A stretch of 64,000 nucleotides of DNA from Staphylococcus phage vB_SauM-UFV_DC4, in the sequence record MZ779063.1; one strand, 5' to 3'. The position numbers and the translations under genes were made by a program. Below, piece by piece: positions 29,221 through 38,911 of the stretch. The notes beneath the pieces were generated by a model. That model saw only the letters and a program-made list of their open reading frames with translations, had not been told where the DNA came from and did no database searches. The number at the start of each line of letters is the position of its first letter. The first letter of the stretch is position 1.

Positions 29221-29730
29221 TTAAAGACCAAATTCTTTATCTAAAGATTCTTCTAAAGAACTAATATCTTCATTAGTTTGTTCTTCTTCTTTAACAGCTT
29301 CAAATAAGCTAAATAAAGCTTCTTCAACAGGACTTACAACTGAATCAATTTTATTTTCCATAGCTTCATTTAATTTAGTAGGTAATTTTTTGAATAGAGC
29401 GATGTATTTCTTTTCATTATTTCTAGCCCAGGCTTCTGCTTTTTTAGGACTTTGGAAAGCACATACTCGAATAAAACGATTTAAAATAGATGTTTTACCT
29501 TTAGCATCAATTACTCTGTAAGTAAATATAACTGTTCCATCTTCATGAGCATCTAAAGCAAATTCATTTTCATCAAATTTTTTACCTTTAGCGATAACTT
29601 TAGCTTTCTTTTTAGTAGCACGTGCTATGAATTTTTCCTCTGTATCTTTATCAGAAGGGTTTACCATTTTTCTTAATGTATCCTTCACATTAGCTTCATT
29701 TAATAATGTTTCTTGTAAAAAATCTTCCAT
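29221..29730 (-). CDS. Hypothetical protein, paralog of ORF 29772..30332 (C-terminus ends in SLEESLDKEFGL)
   Basis: Shared blocks AEAWARNNEKKYIALFKKLPTK and KEAQKWVQSNGNKFVSIFKKAPDK. Confidence 0.55.
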   Translation of the reverse strand: MEDFLQETLLNEANVKDTLRKMVNPSDKDTEEKFIARATKKKAKVIAKGKKFDENEFALDAHEDGTVIFTYRVIDAKGKTSILNRFIRVCAFQSPKKAEAWARNNEKKYIALFKKLPTKLNEAMENKIDSVVSPVEEALFSLFEAVKEEEQTNEDISSLEESLDKEFGL

Positions 29731-29771
29731 AATTATAATTCCTACTTTCGTAATTTATTTTTCTATATAAT

Positions 29772-30332
29772 TTAGTTTAATTTAAATTCCTCATCTAATA
29801 TTTTTTCTAAATTTTCAATAACTTTATCATCTTCATCAATTTCAGGTTTCTTATCAGGAGCTTTCTTGAAGATAGATACAAATTTATTTCCATTACTTTG
29901 AACCCATTTTTGTGCTTCTTTGAAACGATCTGCAACTATTCCAATAGGTATTCTTCGAATTTTATCTTTACCTTTATATTTAACAGGTACTTCTAAAGCA
30001 GCGTTTTTACCACCAGTACGTTTGGCCACTACTACAATATTGCTTGAATCAATTCTAATACCATTACTTTTAGCTTTTATTTTAAAATTCATACAAGCTT
30101 TAGCAAAATCCGCTTCAAGCGTATCAGGTTCAACAATTCCTTCTTGAACTGCAATATCCGAAGTATTACCGCAATCTTCACATACTAATTGACCTGATTC
30201 ATTTGGAGACATTTTAGAACCACATTCTTCACAAATAGGCTCTTCTTTATCAGTATCAATATCACGATTTAATTCTTCATTAACTAAACCAAATTCTTTA
30301 TCTAAAGATTCTTCTAAAGATTTAAAATCCAT
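29772..30332 (-). CDS. Zinc-ribbon protein, paralog of ORF 29221..29730 (N-terminus begins MDFKSLEESLDKEFGL)
   Basis: CEECGSKMSPNESGQLVCEDCGN has the same C-x2-C-x13-C-x2-C pattern as the 641-aa acidic protein. Confidence 0.55.
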   Translation of the reverse strand: MDFKSLEESLDKEFGLVNEELNRDIDTDKEEPICEECGSKMSPNESGQLVCEDCGNTSDIAVQEGIVEPDTLEADFAKACMNFKIKAKSNGIRIDSSNIVVVAKRTGGKNAALEVPVKYKGKDKIRRIPIGIVADRFKEAQKWVQSNGNKFVSIFKKAPDKKPEIDEDDKVIENLEKILDEEFKLN

Positions 30333-30390
30333 TATATTTTCCTCATTTCTATTTATATTTATTAATATTAATGTGTTATCTTAAATAAAT

Positions 30391-30422
30391 TGCCCTAATG
30401 ACAATTTTTATCATTAGGACAA
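30391..30422 (-). terminator. Hairpin CCTAATGA...TCATTAGG downstream of the RNAP beta gene
   Basis: 8-bp stem in an AT-rich gap. Confidence 0.4.
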
Positions 30423-30428
30423 TTAAAA

Positions 30429-33400
30429 TTATAGCATATCTTTTACTTTACGTTTTAATTCTATTAAAGCTTTATTAGTTGCCAACATTAAATAAATATC
30501 AGTAGTCATACGAGATACGATACTTAATGGAGAGAATATAGCTTCGATTTCTTCGTCAGGTCTATATTCTGCATAAGGAGATTCATTAGGAGGAGTAACA
30601 TCAGCAATAACTGTTTTACATGCTCCATAGAAACTAATCTTATCACCGATACTCATATCATCTTCATATTCTGTGAAAATTTCAATAAGTACTCCATCCA
30701 CTTTTTCACCTTTAATTTTCTCACTATTAATTTTCTCTACAGCTGGAATATCTACATCTAAACCAGGTAATGTAGATTTATTATCTTTAACTGCATTTTT
30801 GTATTCTCTATATTTACTCTTAGATTTATTAATATAACCATTAACTAATTTAGCTAATGTAGGAGACATATTTTCAATATCATCATTATAATAGATATTT
30901 ACTTTTTTAATTTCTCCAGTATATTTAGATCTAACAGCTCTATTAGAAATATCTTGTATTTCTTGTTCAAATTCAGAACCGATTTTATCTAATAAAGAAC
31001 CAATACCTTCATCATCAAATGAATTCTCAAATATCATTAATGGATCTCCTGTACGTACATTTTGACCTTCCTTAACAATATATTGAATATTTGTATTAGA
31101 AGCTAAATTAACTGTTTTCTTCATAGTAACTTTAGTTGACATTGCTTCAGACATACTGTTAGAAATAATAGAACTATCTTCGTACGTGCCATAGCTTGAA
31201 GCAACTGCAACTTTAGATAATTTACCAGCAGCAAATTGAATATCATTATTACTGCCAGATCCTGCAAAGTAACTATCATTTTTAGCCAATACTTGTCCTT
31301 TATTAAATTTCTTACCTACTTCAAATTGTGGGGTAAGTTTATTATTTTGATAGAAACCGCCATTAGAGTTTTTAGCAAGTTTTTCAGATATATCAATTAC
31401 ATCTTTATCCCCATTAATGTATTCAACAAGCATTAATCCTGTTTTCTCATTGATAGAAGTTACTTTCCCATCTTCTTTAGCTTTAAATGCAAAAGTATCT
31501 GAAATTTGATACGCTAAAGATTTATCTACACCAGATCCAACTAATGGACGATCATTTGTTTTAGTAGCGATTAAATGCTTAGCCTGAGTTCCTGTCATTC
31601 CTATACGAGGTGAATCTGCATGTCTACTAGTATATGGGTTTAATAATTCTAATGGAGTGTATAAAGCTGTATCACTTACATCTTTCTTACTACCATCAGT
31701 ATATCCACGAGTAGATTTAATCTGTGTATCATATGAAAGTTGTCTAACTATACCTACCTTATTACTGTCAGGTGTGCTTATTCCTAATATACCTTGCATA
31801 CTTTCGTCATAAGAACGAATATCAGGTTCATATGATTGTTCAGAGTTACGTCCAGCAGGACCTTTAAACGTAACAGAAGTCATCTTATCTATTTCTAAGT
31901 TAGGGTTTAAATCAGATACTTCATCTACTGTAGGTTGTTCCATAATAGTTTTAATTAATTGATCTTGTTTAACTGAAATATTCTTAGGATTTTTATTATT
32001 ATAAGAATCTGAATACTCTTTATAAGCATTTGCCATCATTTTATACAATAATGCGTTAATTTGCTCTGGTCCACGTACACGATAAATTCCCATATCATTA
32101 TGATCTCTAGCTGAAACGTCTTCTAACATTGTATTAGCTAATAGTAATAATTCAACCATATTATCAGGAAGTTTTAAATCTCTTAATACTTCTTTAGTAA
32201 TAGGATCCATTGCTAAATCCATAGTATTTTTAATACCTTTACCAACATTACGACTGTAGAATTTATCATTGAAATATTCTAAGTAAGGTGTTTCAGTTTC
32301 AAAATCACTGAAATTGTATTGTGAAGTAGGTAATACAGTTAATCCAGACATTAATAAATCAAATCTTAATTTATCAGTAGAGTATATTAAATAACCGTCT
32401 TGGAATTTAATCTTATTCTTTTTATCATGAATGCTAATTCTTTCATTCTCAGTAGTAAATTTATAATCAACTTCATAAAGATCAAGAATATTAGTTAAAC
32501 CTTTATAGAAACCTAATAATAGAATTGTAGGTACTAATTTATTAGTAATTTTAACACGTGAAAATGCCATCGTCTTATTAGATTGAATATTCTTACTGAA
32601 TTTCTTATCAACGACTCCAAAGTCAACTTCATTGTCTAGTTTATCAATAATGTAATCAAATATATTTACTTCCATAGATTTAATATTAGATTTACTACAT
32701 TCATACATAACAGATTCTGTTTTGTCTGCTAATATTAATTTAGATTTATTAATATTATAACCAATAGGGAAATATTTATCTTGATCATAATCAATCTTAG
32801 ATAAACTAGCGCTATCGGAAATCATTCCTAATAAACTTCTTTGGTTGAATTCAAGTACATTAGTACCATCTTGGAAATTTAATATATTTCTAGATAAACT
32901 ATTATAAATAACTGAAGTTACGTATTTATTATTAATTAAAGAAGCATTACCTTTTTTAACAGATAGGTTAGATTTATTTTCAATATAATCTATAACTTGG
33001 TCATCTTCAATAACTTTCTTAATCCATTCAGTTTCAGCATTTTCTTTATAACCGAATTTTTCTATAATGAATTTATTATAGTTAGTTGTAATCCAAACAG
33101 TATCAGGTTTATATTTAACGATTGGCCACATCATTAACTGTTTAGTTAATACTTTTTTACCGCCATTAAGTTTCATATATTTACCGTCAATAACTTTAGG
33201 AACATCAAATTTAACATTATGAGTTAAACCATCTGGACTTCTAAATTGGACTTTAACTGTATTTTTTAATGACTGACTATCTGAATTATCTTCAATATTC
33301 ATTTTATTAATAAATACTGGAATATCTTCATTGTCATTAAAGCTTTTCATTATATCAATAAAGTCTTTATTAAATGTTTTTTGCATATAAGAAATATCAA

Positions 33401-34682
33401 AATCATTAGAAGCAATATTGTTAATAGTCTCTTCATTGATATTATTAATATTTTCATTAATTTCTCTATCGATTAATTTATCTTCAGAAAAACTAAAATC
33501 TTCTAAATCATTAAGGTATTCATCTTGTTTCTTAGATAAAGCTAATATCTTTTTAGTATTTTTAAGAGCTTCATCACCAATGCTAGATTTATTTTTAATA
33601 TTTCTTTTAATTGATTTAAATGAATCATTCTTGTCTAATACATCTGAATATAAAGTTTCTGTATCAATGTCAATTAAATCTTTATTATCATTTAATTCTT
33701 TTTCAATTATCATAGCTATATTATATTCATCATCAACATCCATTTCAGTATTGTCTAATGATCTAATATAACTTATTGTAGAATCTATTTTATTAGATAT
33801 TTTTTCTAACTGTTCATCATTTTCATATTCAACTTCATCATTCTGAGCTTCGATAGGATCAATTGTTCCTACATTATCAAATGCTTTCTTTTTAATTACT
33901 CCATCTACAGCTTCAGTATTATCATCATCTTCAACTTTACTAATTTCATCAGTATCCAATGCTTGTGTATTAGTGTCAATGATTCTTCTTAATCTTTGTC
34001 TAAGTCTCATATTAAGTTTATTATAATCTTTGTAATCAAATTTAAACATTATTCCATTATCTAGAGAGACAAATAATAAATTAACATTTTGATTTTCACC
34101 ATGAGGTAATTCCTCTTGATTCTTAATCATCATGAATAAGCTTGACATGAAATCTTTTGTATTAGGTCTAATAGCTTGTTGAGAAGGTTTATTATACCCA
34201 TCAACATTAATCACATAAAGTAAATTATTGTAATCTTCTGTATTATTTAAAGAGTTAAAAGTTGATTTAATTGAATTTAATACTGTATTAAAGTTTTTAG
34301 TCATTAATGATTTATCTTCTAAATCAATAAATTTAGTTGAATCAACAATATAGTTTCTACCTTTAAATAATTTCTCATTTCTTTCAACTCTATACTGTTT
34401 ATAAGATTTAGATTTAATTTCTTTTTGATAATCTGTTATATTCGTTAATAATCTAGTTCTTCTATTTTGAGTTCTATACAATCTTGGTGTATAGATATTC
34501 TTGAAATTCTGATGATATAATAATCCACTATTTAAGAAATCAGTAAATGAATTTTCTTTAAAACCTTTATAAATAACTAACTGGTCTTTTTTCTTATCTT
34601 TGATTTCTTCATCAATAGCTTTAATTTTATATCCAGATATTGAATAGAATTTAAGATTTTTTAATCTATTAAGATATTTCAA
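30429..34682 (-). CDS. Multisubunit RNA polymerase beta subunit, large N-terminal/central fragment. It ends about 20 aa after the PSRM-region equivalent and lacks the C-terminal GGQRFGEME block
   Basis: Alignable blocks: [55 protein letters not shown] vs bacterial [90 protein letters not shown] vs [50 protein letters not shown] vs [71 protein letters not shown] vs [45 protein letters not shown]. Confidence 0.75.
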   Translation of the reverse strand: [1417 protein letters not shown]

Positions 34683-34909
34683 TTATGCCATTCCTTTCCG
34701 TATTTAATTTTATTGATTAATATATTTATATTACTTTTATTTTATAATATTATTCAATAAATTTCCTATATACAATAGTTTTGATTACTATCATTATGTA
34801 TTTTAATTGGATTTATAAAAATAAAATAACGAACTATGTGAGTTATTTTTAAATACATTTTTATGAAATAAAAATGTGTACTATCCCCTCATAATATTTT
34901 AATTTATAT

Positions 34910-34935
34910 AAATATACTATAAGAATAGTATATTT
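34910..34935. promoter_or_regulatory. Perfect palindrome AAATATACTAT-aaga-ATAGTATATTT in the divergent intergenic region between the RNAP beta (minus) and beta-prime fragment 2 (plus) genes
   Basis: 11-bp inverted repeat arms with a 4-nt spacer, read directly. Confidence 0.5.
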
Positions 34936-35142
34936 ATTATTATAATATTTTATTATAATATAATTATAATATTCCGGACACTTTCAAATTTTTTATCACA
35001 TAATGGTACAAATTTATAATTTTTTAAATAATTAATATAAAAATATTTATTAACTTCATGCATATTGTTTAATTATATAAAAATTATAAAATACTCAGTA
35101 ACATCTAAATATCAATAAAATAATGAAAGAAGTGAAAATAAA

Positions 35143-36369
35143 TTGGCTAATATGAATTATGAAAATAAAACACTTAATGAAAAAGAAGTATCGACATTAT
35201 TAAGTGTTGGTAAAGATGACATTACATTAGACAAGTTAAAAGAATTATTTGCTTTTAGACAAAATACAGAACCAATGTATAATCCAACGGATAAATTTAC
35301 ATTAAAGAAAGATTTAGTCTATAATAAAAAAGATGAAAAAACTACTGTAGGTAGATATATATTTAATAAATTTATTTTAGATAATAAAATTGGACCGATT
35401 ATAGGCTATATGAATCGTGATATGGGCGGTTCTGGAGTAGGTAAACTTCAATCTGATTTATCAAATTTATTACTTAATGATATTATTACTACACAAGAAA
35501 TGTCAAATTATATCGATAAATTACAATGGTTAGGTTTCTCTATAGCCAGTTTTATTAATTCTAGTCTAACTACTACAATGATGACTGCTACTGAAAAAGT
35601 TAAACAGAAAAAAGAAGAGTTATTAGTTAAATATGAAAAAGCATTGAATACTCCTGGAGAGGAATTAAATGCAATATCAGTTATTGAAAAAGAATTAATT
35701 AATTTAAGTAAAGAAGAATTAAAAGGATTGGCTGATTTAGATATTTATGATAGTGGCTCACGTGGTTCATTCGGTAATAACTATAAATTAACTGCATTAA
35801 TTCGTGGAGCAAATAAAAACTTTGCTGATCCAAGTAAAATTAGAATTGCTAAAAGCTCACTAGCTGAAGGAATTGATCCTAATGAACTTTATATGTTTGG
35901 AGATATTATGACTGCAGGTTCAGCTGGACGTGCACTAGGTACTCAAGAAGGAGGGTATCAGGCTAAGCAGCTGATGTCGGCTTTCCAAACGACTGTTTTA
36001 GATAAAAAAGGTTCTGACTGTAGAACAAATCATTTCCTTAAATTAATATTAGATAAATCAAACGCATCATTAATGATGTATAGATATTTTAAAGATAATA
36101 ACGCAAGATCAGGTCAATTAGTTTTATTAACTCCTGAAAATGTAGATGATTACATGGGTAGAGTTTTAGAATTTAGAAGTCCTATGTATTGTGCAAGTGA
36201 AGATATTTGTAGTAAATGTGCAGGAGAATTACCATATAAATTAGGAATTGAAAATATTGGTCTATTAGTTAACCAAGTTGCTCAAGCAATCGTAACAAGT
36301 TCAATGAAATCTTTCCATGATATGACGATTAAACAAAATGAAATAGATATAGAAAGTTATATAGAATAA
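35143..36369 (+). CDS. Multisubunit RNA polymerase beta-prime C-terminal module, fragment 2 (paralog of 10399..12312); the ORF ends about 18 aa after the trigger-loop first helix
   Basis: Bridge-helix-like GDIMTAGSAGRALGTQEGGYQAKQLMSAFQ; trigger-loop region FRSPMYCASEDICSKCAGELPYKLGIENIGLLVNQVAQAIVTSSMKSFHD. Confidence 0.7.
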   Translation: MANMNYENKTLNEKEVSTLLSVGKDDITLDKLKELFAFRQNTEPMYNPTDKFTLKKDLVYNKKDEKTTVGRYIFNKFILDNKIGPIIGYMNRDMGGSGVGKLQSDLSNLLLNDIITTQEMSNYIDKLQWLGFSIASFINSSLTTTMMTATEKVKQKKEELLVKYEKALNTPGEELNAISVIEKELINLSKEELKGLADLDIYDSGSRGSFGNNYKLTALIRGANKNFADPSKIRIAKSSLAEGIDPNELYMFGDIMTAGSAGRALGTQEGGYQAKQLMSAFQTTVLDKKGSDCRTNHFLKLILDKSNASLMMYRYFKDNNARSGQLVLLTPENVDDYMGRVLEFRSPMYCASEDICSKCAGELPYKLGIENIGLLVNQVAQAIVTSSMKSFHDMTIKQNEIDIESYIE

Positions 36370-36437
36370 CATAGATAGGATAACAATCATTAAATTGATT
36401 GTTATCCTTATTTTATTGGATTAAATCATTCTTTAAA

Positions 36438-36470
36438 TTTATATTATAATTATGAGGTGAATGATGTGTA
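36438..36470 (+). promoter_or_regulatory. Promoter-like motif TTTATATTATAATTATGAGGTGAATG
   Basis: TATATTATA family copy upstream of the endonuclease gene 36508. Confidence 0.4.
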
Positions 36471-36507
36471 TTAATGTGATATACTTATAATTATAAAAAT
36501 AAATTTA

Positions 36508-38601
36508 ATGGAGATGAAATGGATAATGTTAGGTAAAGAAATAATGAGAAGATCTGAAATAATTTACGATGATACAGATATAAAAACTGTTTTAAATTTA
36601 GATCCGGATAAAGATTACATAAATGAAGAAGAGGATATCGAATATATCTGTCCTAAACATGGTAAACAAAAAAGAAAAATAAAACAACATTTAGAAAAGA
36701 AAGGTTGTTTCGAGTGTCAATACGATAATAAGTCTAAAAAGACTAAAGGTAAAGATTTATTAGAAGAGTTTTACAAAAGATTTGGAGAAGATGTTTTTGA
36801 TTATCCAGATATAGAAGAAGATCGTGTATATTCATCTAGAGAAGAAATAAAGATAGTTTGTTTTAAACATGGAGAATTCACTAGACAAATTAGAGAACAT
36901 AATACAAAAGCTAAAATATGTGATAAATGTAAATTAGAGGATGGAGGAAAAGATTTTAAAAAGAAACAATTTGAAGAAAGATTGAGAAATGAAAATTATG
37001 AAATGTATAAGATTACCGATTTTTCTGAGACTGTATTTGAAGGGTTAACTAATTTTATGTATGTTAGATGTAAAAAACATGATACGATTAACAAAATACA
37101 ACCTAGATCATTACTAAGTAAGAATAGTAATGGGTGTTCAAAATGTAGAAGTGAAAAACTATTAAAAAGTAGAAGATCTAATAACAAGGTATATAACGTG
37201 GAAGATATTTTTAACATATATAAACAAAAAGGAAATCTTTTAAATACTGCGACTAAATATCTTGAAAATTTAAATCTCGAACAAAGAAAAGAGTTATTCT
37301 TAATGATATCCAAACATAATTTTGGAAATAAGTATGACTATTCTTTAATAGAAAAAGAAAAAAATAATTTTAAATCTAGAGATAAAGTAACACTAATATG
37401 TAAAGAACATAATGTCGAATTTAAACAAAATATATCACACCACTATAAAGGTAGGTTAGGTTGTGATAAATGTAAAAAGGATAATGTGTCTAAAAGTATA
37501 TCTGACTCATACAGATTTTCTAAAAGAACAGATATAAAACCTGAAGAATTAATAAAAGAAGTAGATAATGAAAATTTCAAAGATAATGAGATAAGAAAAA
37601 TAGTGAGATTAATGAATTTTGAAGATAAAGGAAAATATTACAGATTATTAGGGAAAAAGATTAAGGGAGATAAATATAACTATGATAAATTAGTGTATAA
37701 CGGTGATAGTGTTCAGGTAACTATAACATGTAAAAAACATGGAGATTTTAAACAGGTAATATACGATCACTTTTTCCAAGATCATAATTGTAATAAATGT
37801 TCAAAGATCGTATCCAAACAAGAACTTAAATTAAGTAATGATTTGGAAAAATATTTTACAGTTAAAAATTCTTTAAGAAGAATATTTGAGGATAAAAGAA
37901 AAGAAATTGATATATTTATCAAAGATATTAATTTAGGTATAGAGATAAATGGTCTAAGATGGCATTCAAATGATATAAAAAAGGAGGATGAAAATAATTT
38001 TGCAAGATACCATCAATTTAGTAAAATGAATGAATCTGAATGTTTAGGTATAAAATTATTAAACTTCTATGACGATGAAATAAATATAAAGAAAAATGAA
38101 ATTTCTTATTCTAAAATAATGAAAGAAATTTTATTATTTAATAATTCCTTTAATATTAAAAATATAGATTTAAAAGATTTAGAGATGAAAAAGATATCTT
38201 ATAATTTCATAAAGAAATTTTATAAGAAACATTCACTAGAATTCTTTAATGAAGAAGATAAAAATTATAGAGGAATATTCTATAAAGGTTATATAGTTTC
38301 CGTATTCTCATTTAATAATAAGAACGAATGTCATAACTATAGCACGAATTACAATTTAAATGAAGATATTGATTTAATATTAGATGCTTACCCTAATACC
38401 ATTTTTAATCTTAGATCAGATTCTTATAATAGATATAAATTTCAAGATTATGGGTTCATTACAATAAATAAAACTCTACCGCAATATAGAAATTTCAATA
38501 AAAAAGGTTTAACTAAAAATAGATATAAAAGATTAGAAAAGAGAGATAATAATAATCCTAATAGAATTTATGATTGTGGTAGAACTATCATGATTTACTA
38601 A
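36508..38601 (+). CDS. Putative homing-type endonuclease: five tandem KHG zinc-ribbon repeats, a Vsr/DUF559-like PD-(D/E)xK nuclease core and a conserved C-terminal domain (paralog 1 of 3)
   Basis: Repeats CxKHGxFxxxIxxHxxxxxxCxxC x5; nuclease core IEINGLRWHSNDIKKEDENNFARYHQFSKMNESECLGIKLLNFYDDEI; C-terminus ...NRIYDCGRTIMIY shared with ORFs 38912 and 40962. Confidence 0.6.
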   Translation: MEMKWIMLGKEIMRRSEIIYDDTDIKTVLNLDPDKDYINEEEDIEYICPKHGKQKRKIKQHLEKKGCFECQYDNKSKKTKGKDLLEEFYKRFGEDVFDYPDIEEDRVYSSREEIKIVCFKHGEFTRQIREHNTKAKICDKCKLEDGGKDFKKKQFEERLRNENYEMYKITDFSETVFEGLTNFMYVRCKKHDTINKIQPRSLLSKNSNGCSKCRSEKLLKSRRSNNKVYNVEDIFNIYKQKGNLLNTATKYLENLNLEQRKELFLMISKHNFGNKYDYSLIEKEKNNFKSRDKVTLICKEHNVEFKQNISHHYKGRLGCDKCKKDNVSKSISDSYRFSKRTDIKPEELIKEVDNENFKDNEIRKIVRLMNFEDKGKYYRLLGKKIKGDKYNYDKLVYNGDSVQVTITCKKHGDFKQVIYDHFFQDHNCNKCSKIVSKQELKLSNDLEKYFTVKNSLRRIFEDKRKEIDIFIKDINLGIEINGLRWHSNDIKKEDENNFARYHQFSKMNESECLGIKLLNFYDDEINIKKNEISYSKIMKEILLFNNSFNIKNIDLKDLEMKKISYNFIKKFYKKHSLEFFNEEDKNYRGIFYKGYIVSVFSFNNKNECHNYSTNYNLNEDIDLILDAYPNTIFNLRSDSYNRYKFQDYGFITINKTLPQYRNFNKKGLTKNRYKRLEKRDNNNPNRIYDCGRTIMIY

Positions 38602-38608
38602 TATAATA

Positions 38609-38650
38609 CAGTGACATTAATTTGTCACTGTATTATAATTATTTTTTTTT
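38609..38650 (+). terminator. Hairpin ACAGTGACA-TTAATT-TGTCACTGT followed by a T10 run
   Basis: Immediately after the 36508..38601 stop. Confidence 0.6.
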
Positions 38651-38858
38651 ATTTAGGATTTATAAATAACTATTTTAATATAGTAATAGATATATTTCTA
38701 TTTACTATATTCGTAAATTCTTTTTCTTACTCAATCTCGTAATTTGTTTTGCGTCAAGCAGGTTACATGGGCCTCCTACCCGTATAATATTGTACTACAC
38801 CTAAGTGGATCATAGAAAATGGTCCACTTTATTTATCGTTTTCAATTAATTTTTAAAA

Positions 38859-38885
38859 TTATATTATAAATATGAATATTTAAGT
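38859..38885 (+). promoter_or_regulatory. Promoter-like motif TTATATTATAAATATGAATATT
   Basis: TATATTATA family copy upstream of ORF 38912. Confidence 0.4.
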
Positions 38886-38911
38886 TATTATAAATTAATT
38901 GAGGTGATAAA

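Noticed and set aside
29772-30332. Possibility that the 186-aa zinc-ribbon ORF downstream of the beta gene is the missing beta C-terminal catalytic fragment
   Set aside because: It has no recognisable GGQRFGEME or HARSTG motifs. The similarity AKRTGGKNAALE vs GGKAQFGGQRFGEME is too weak.
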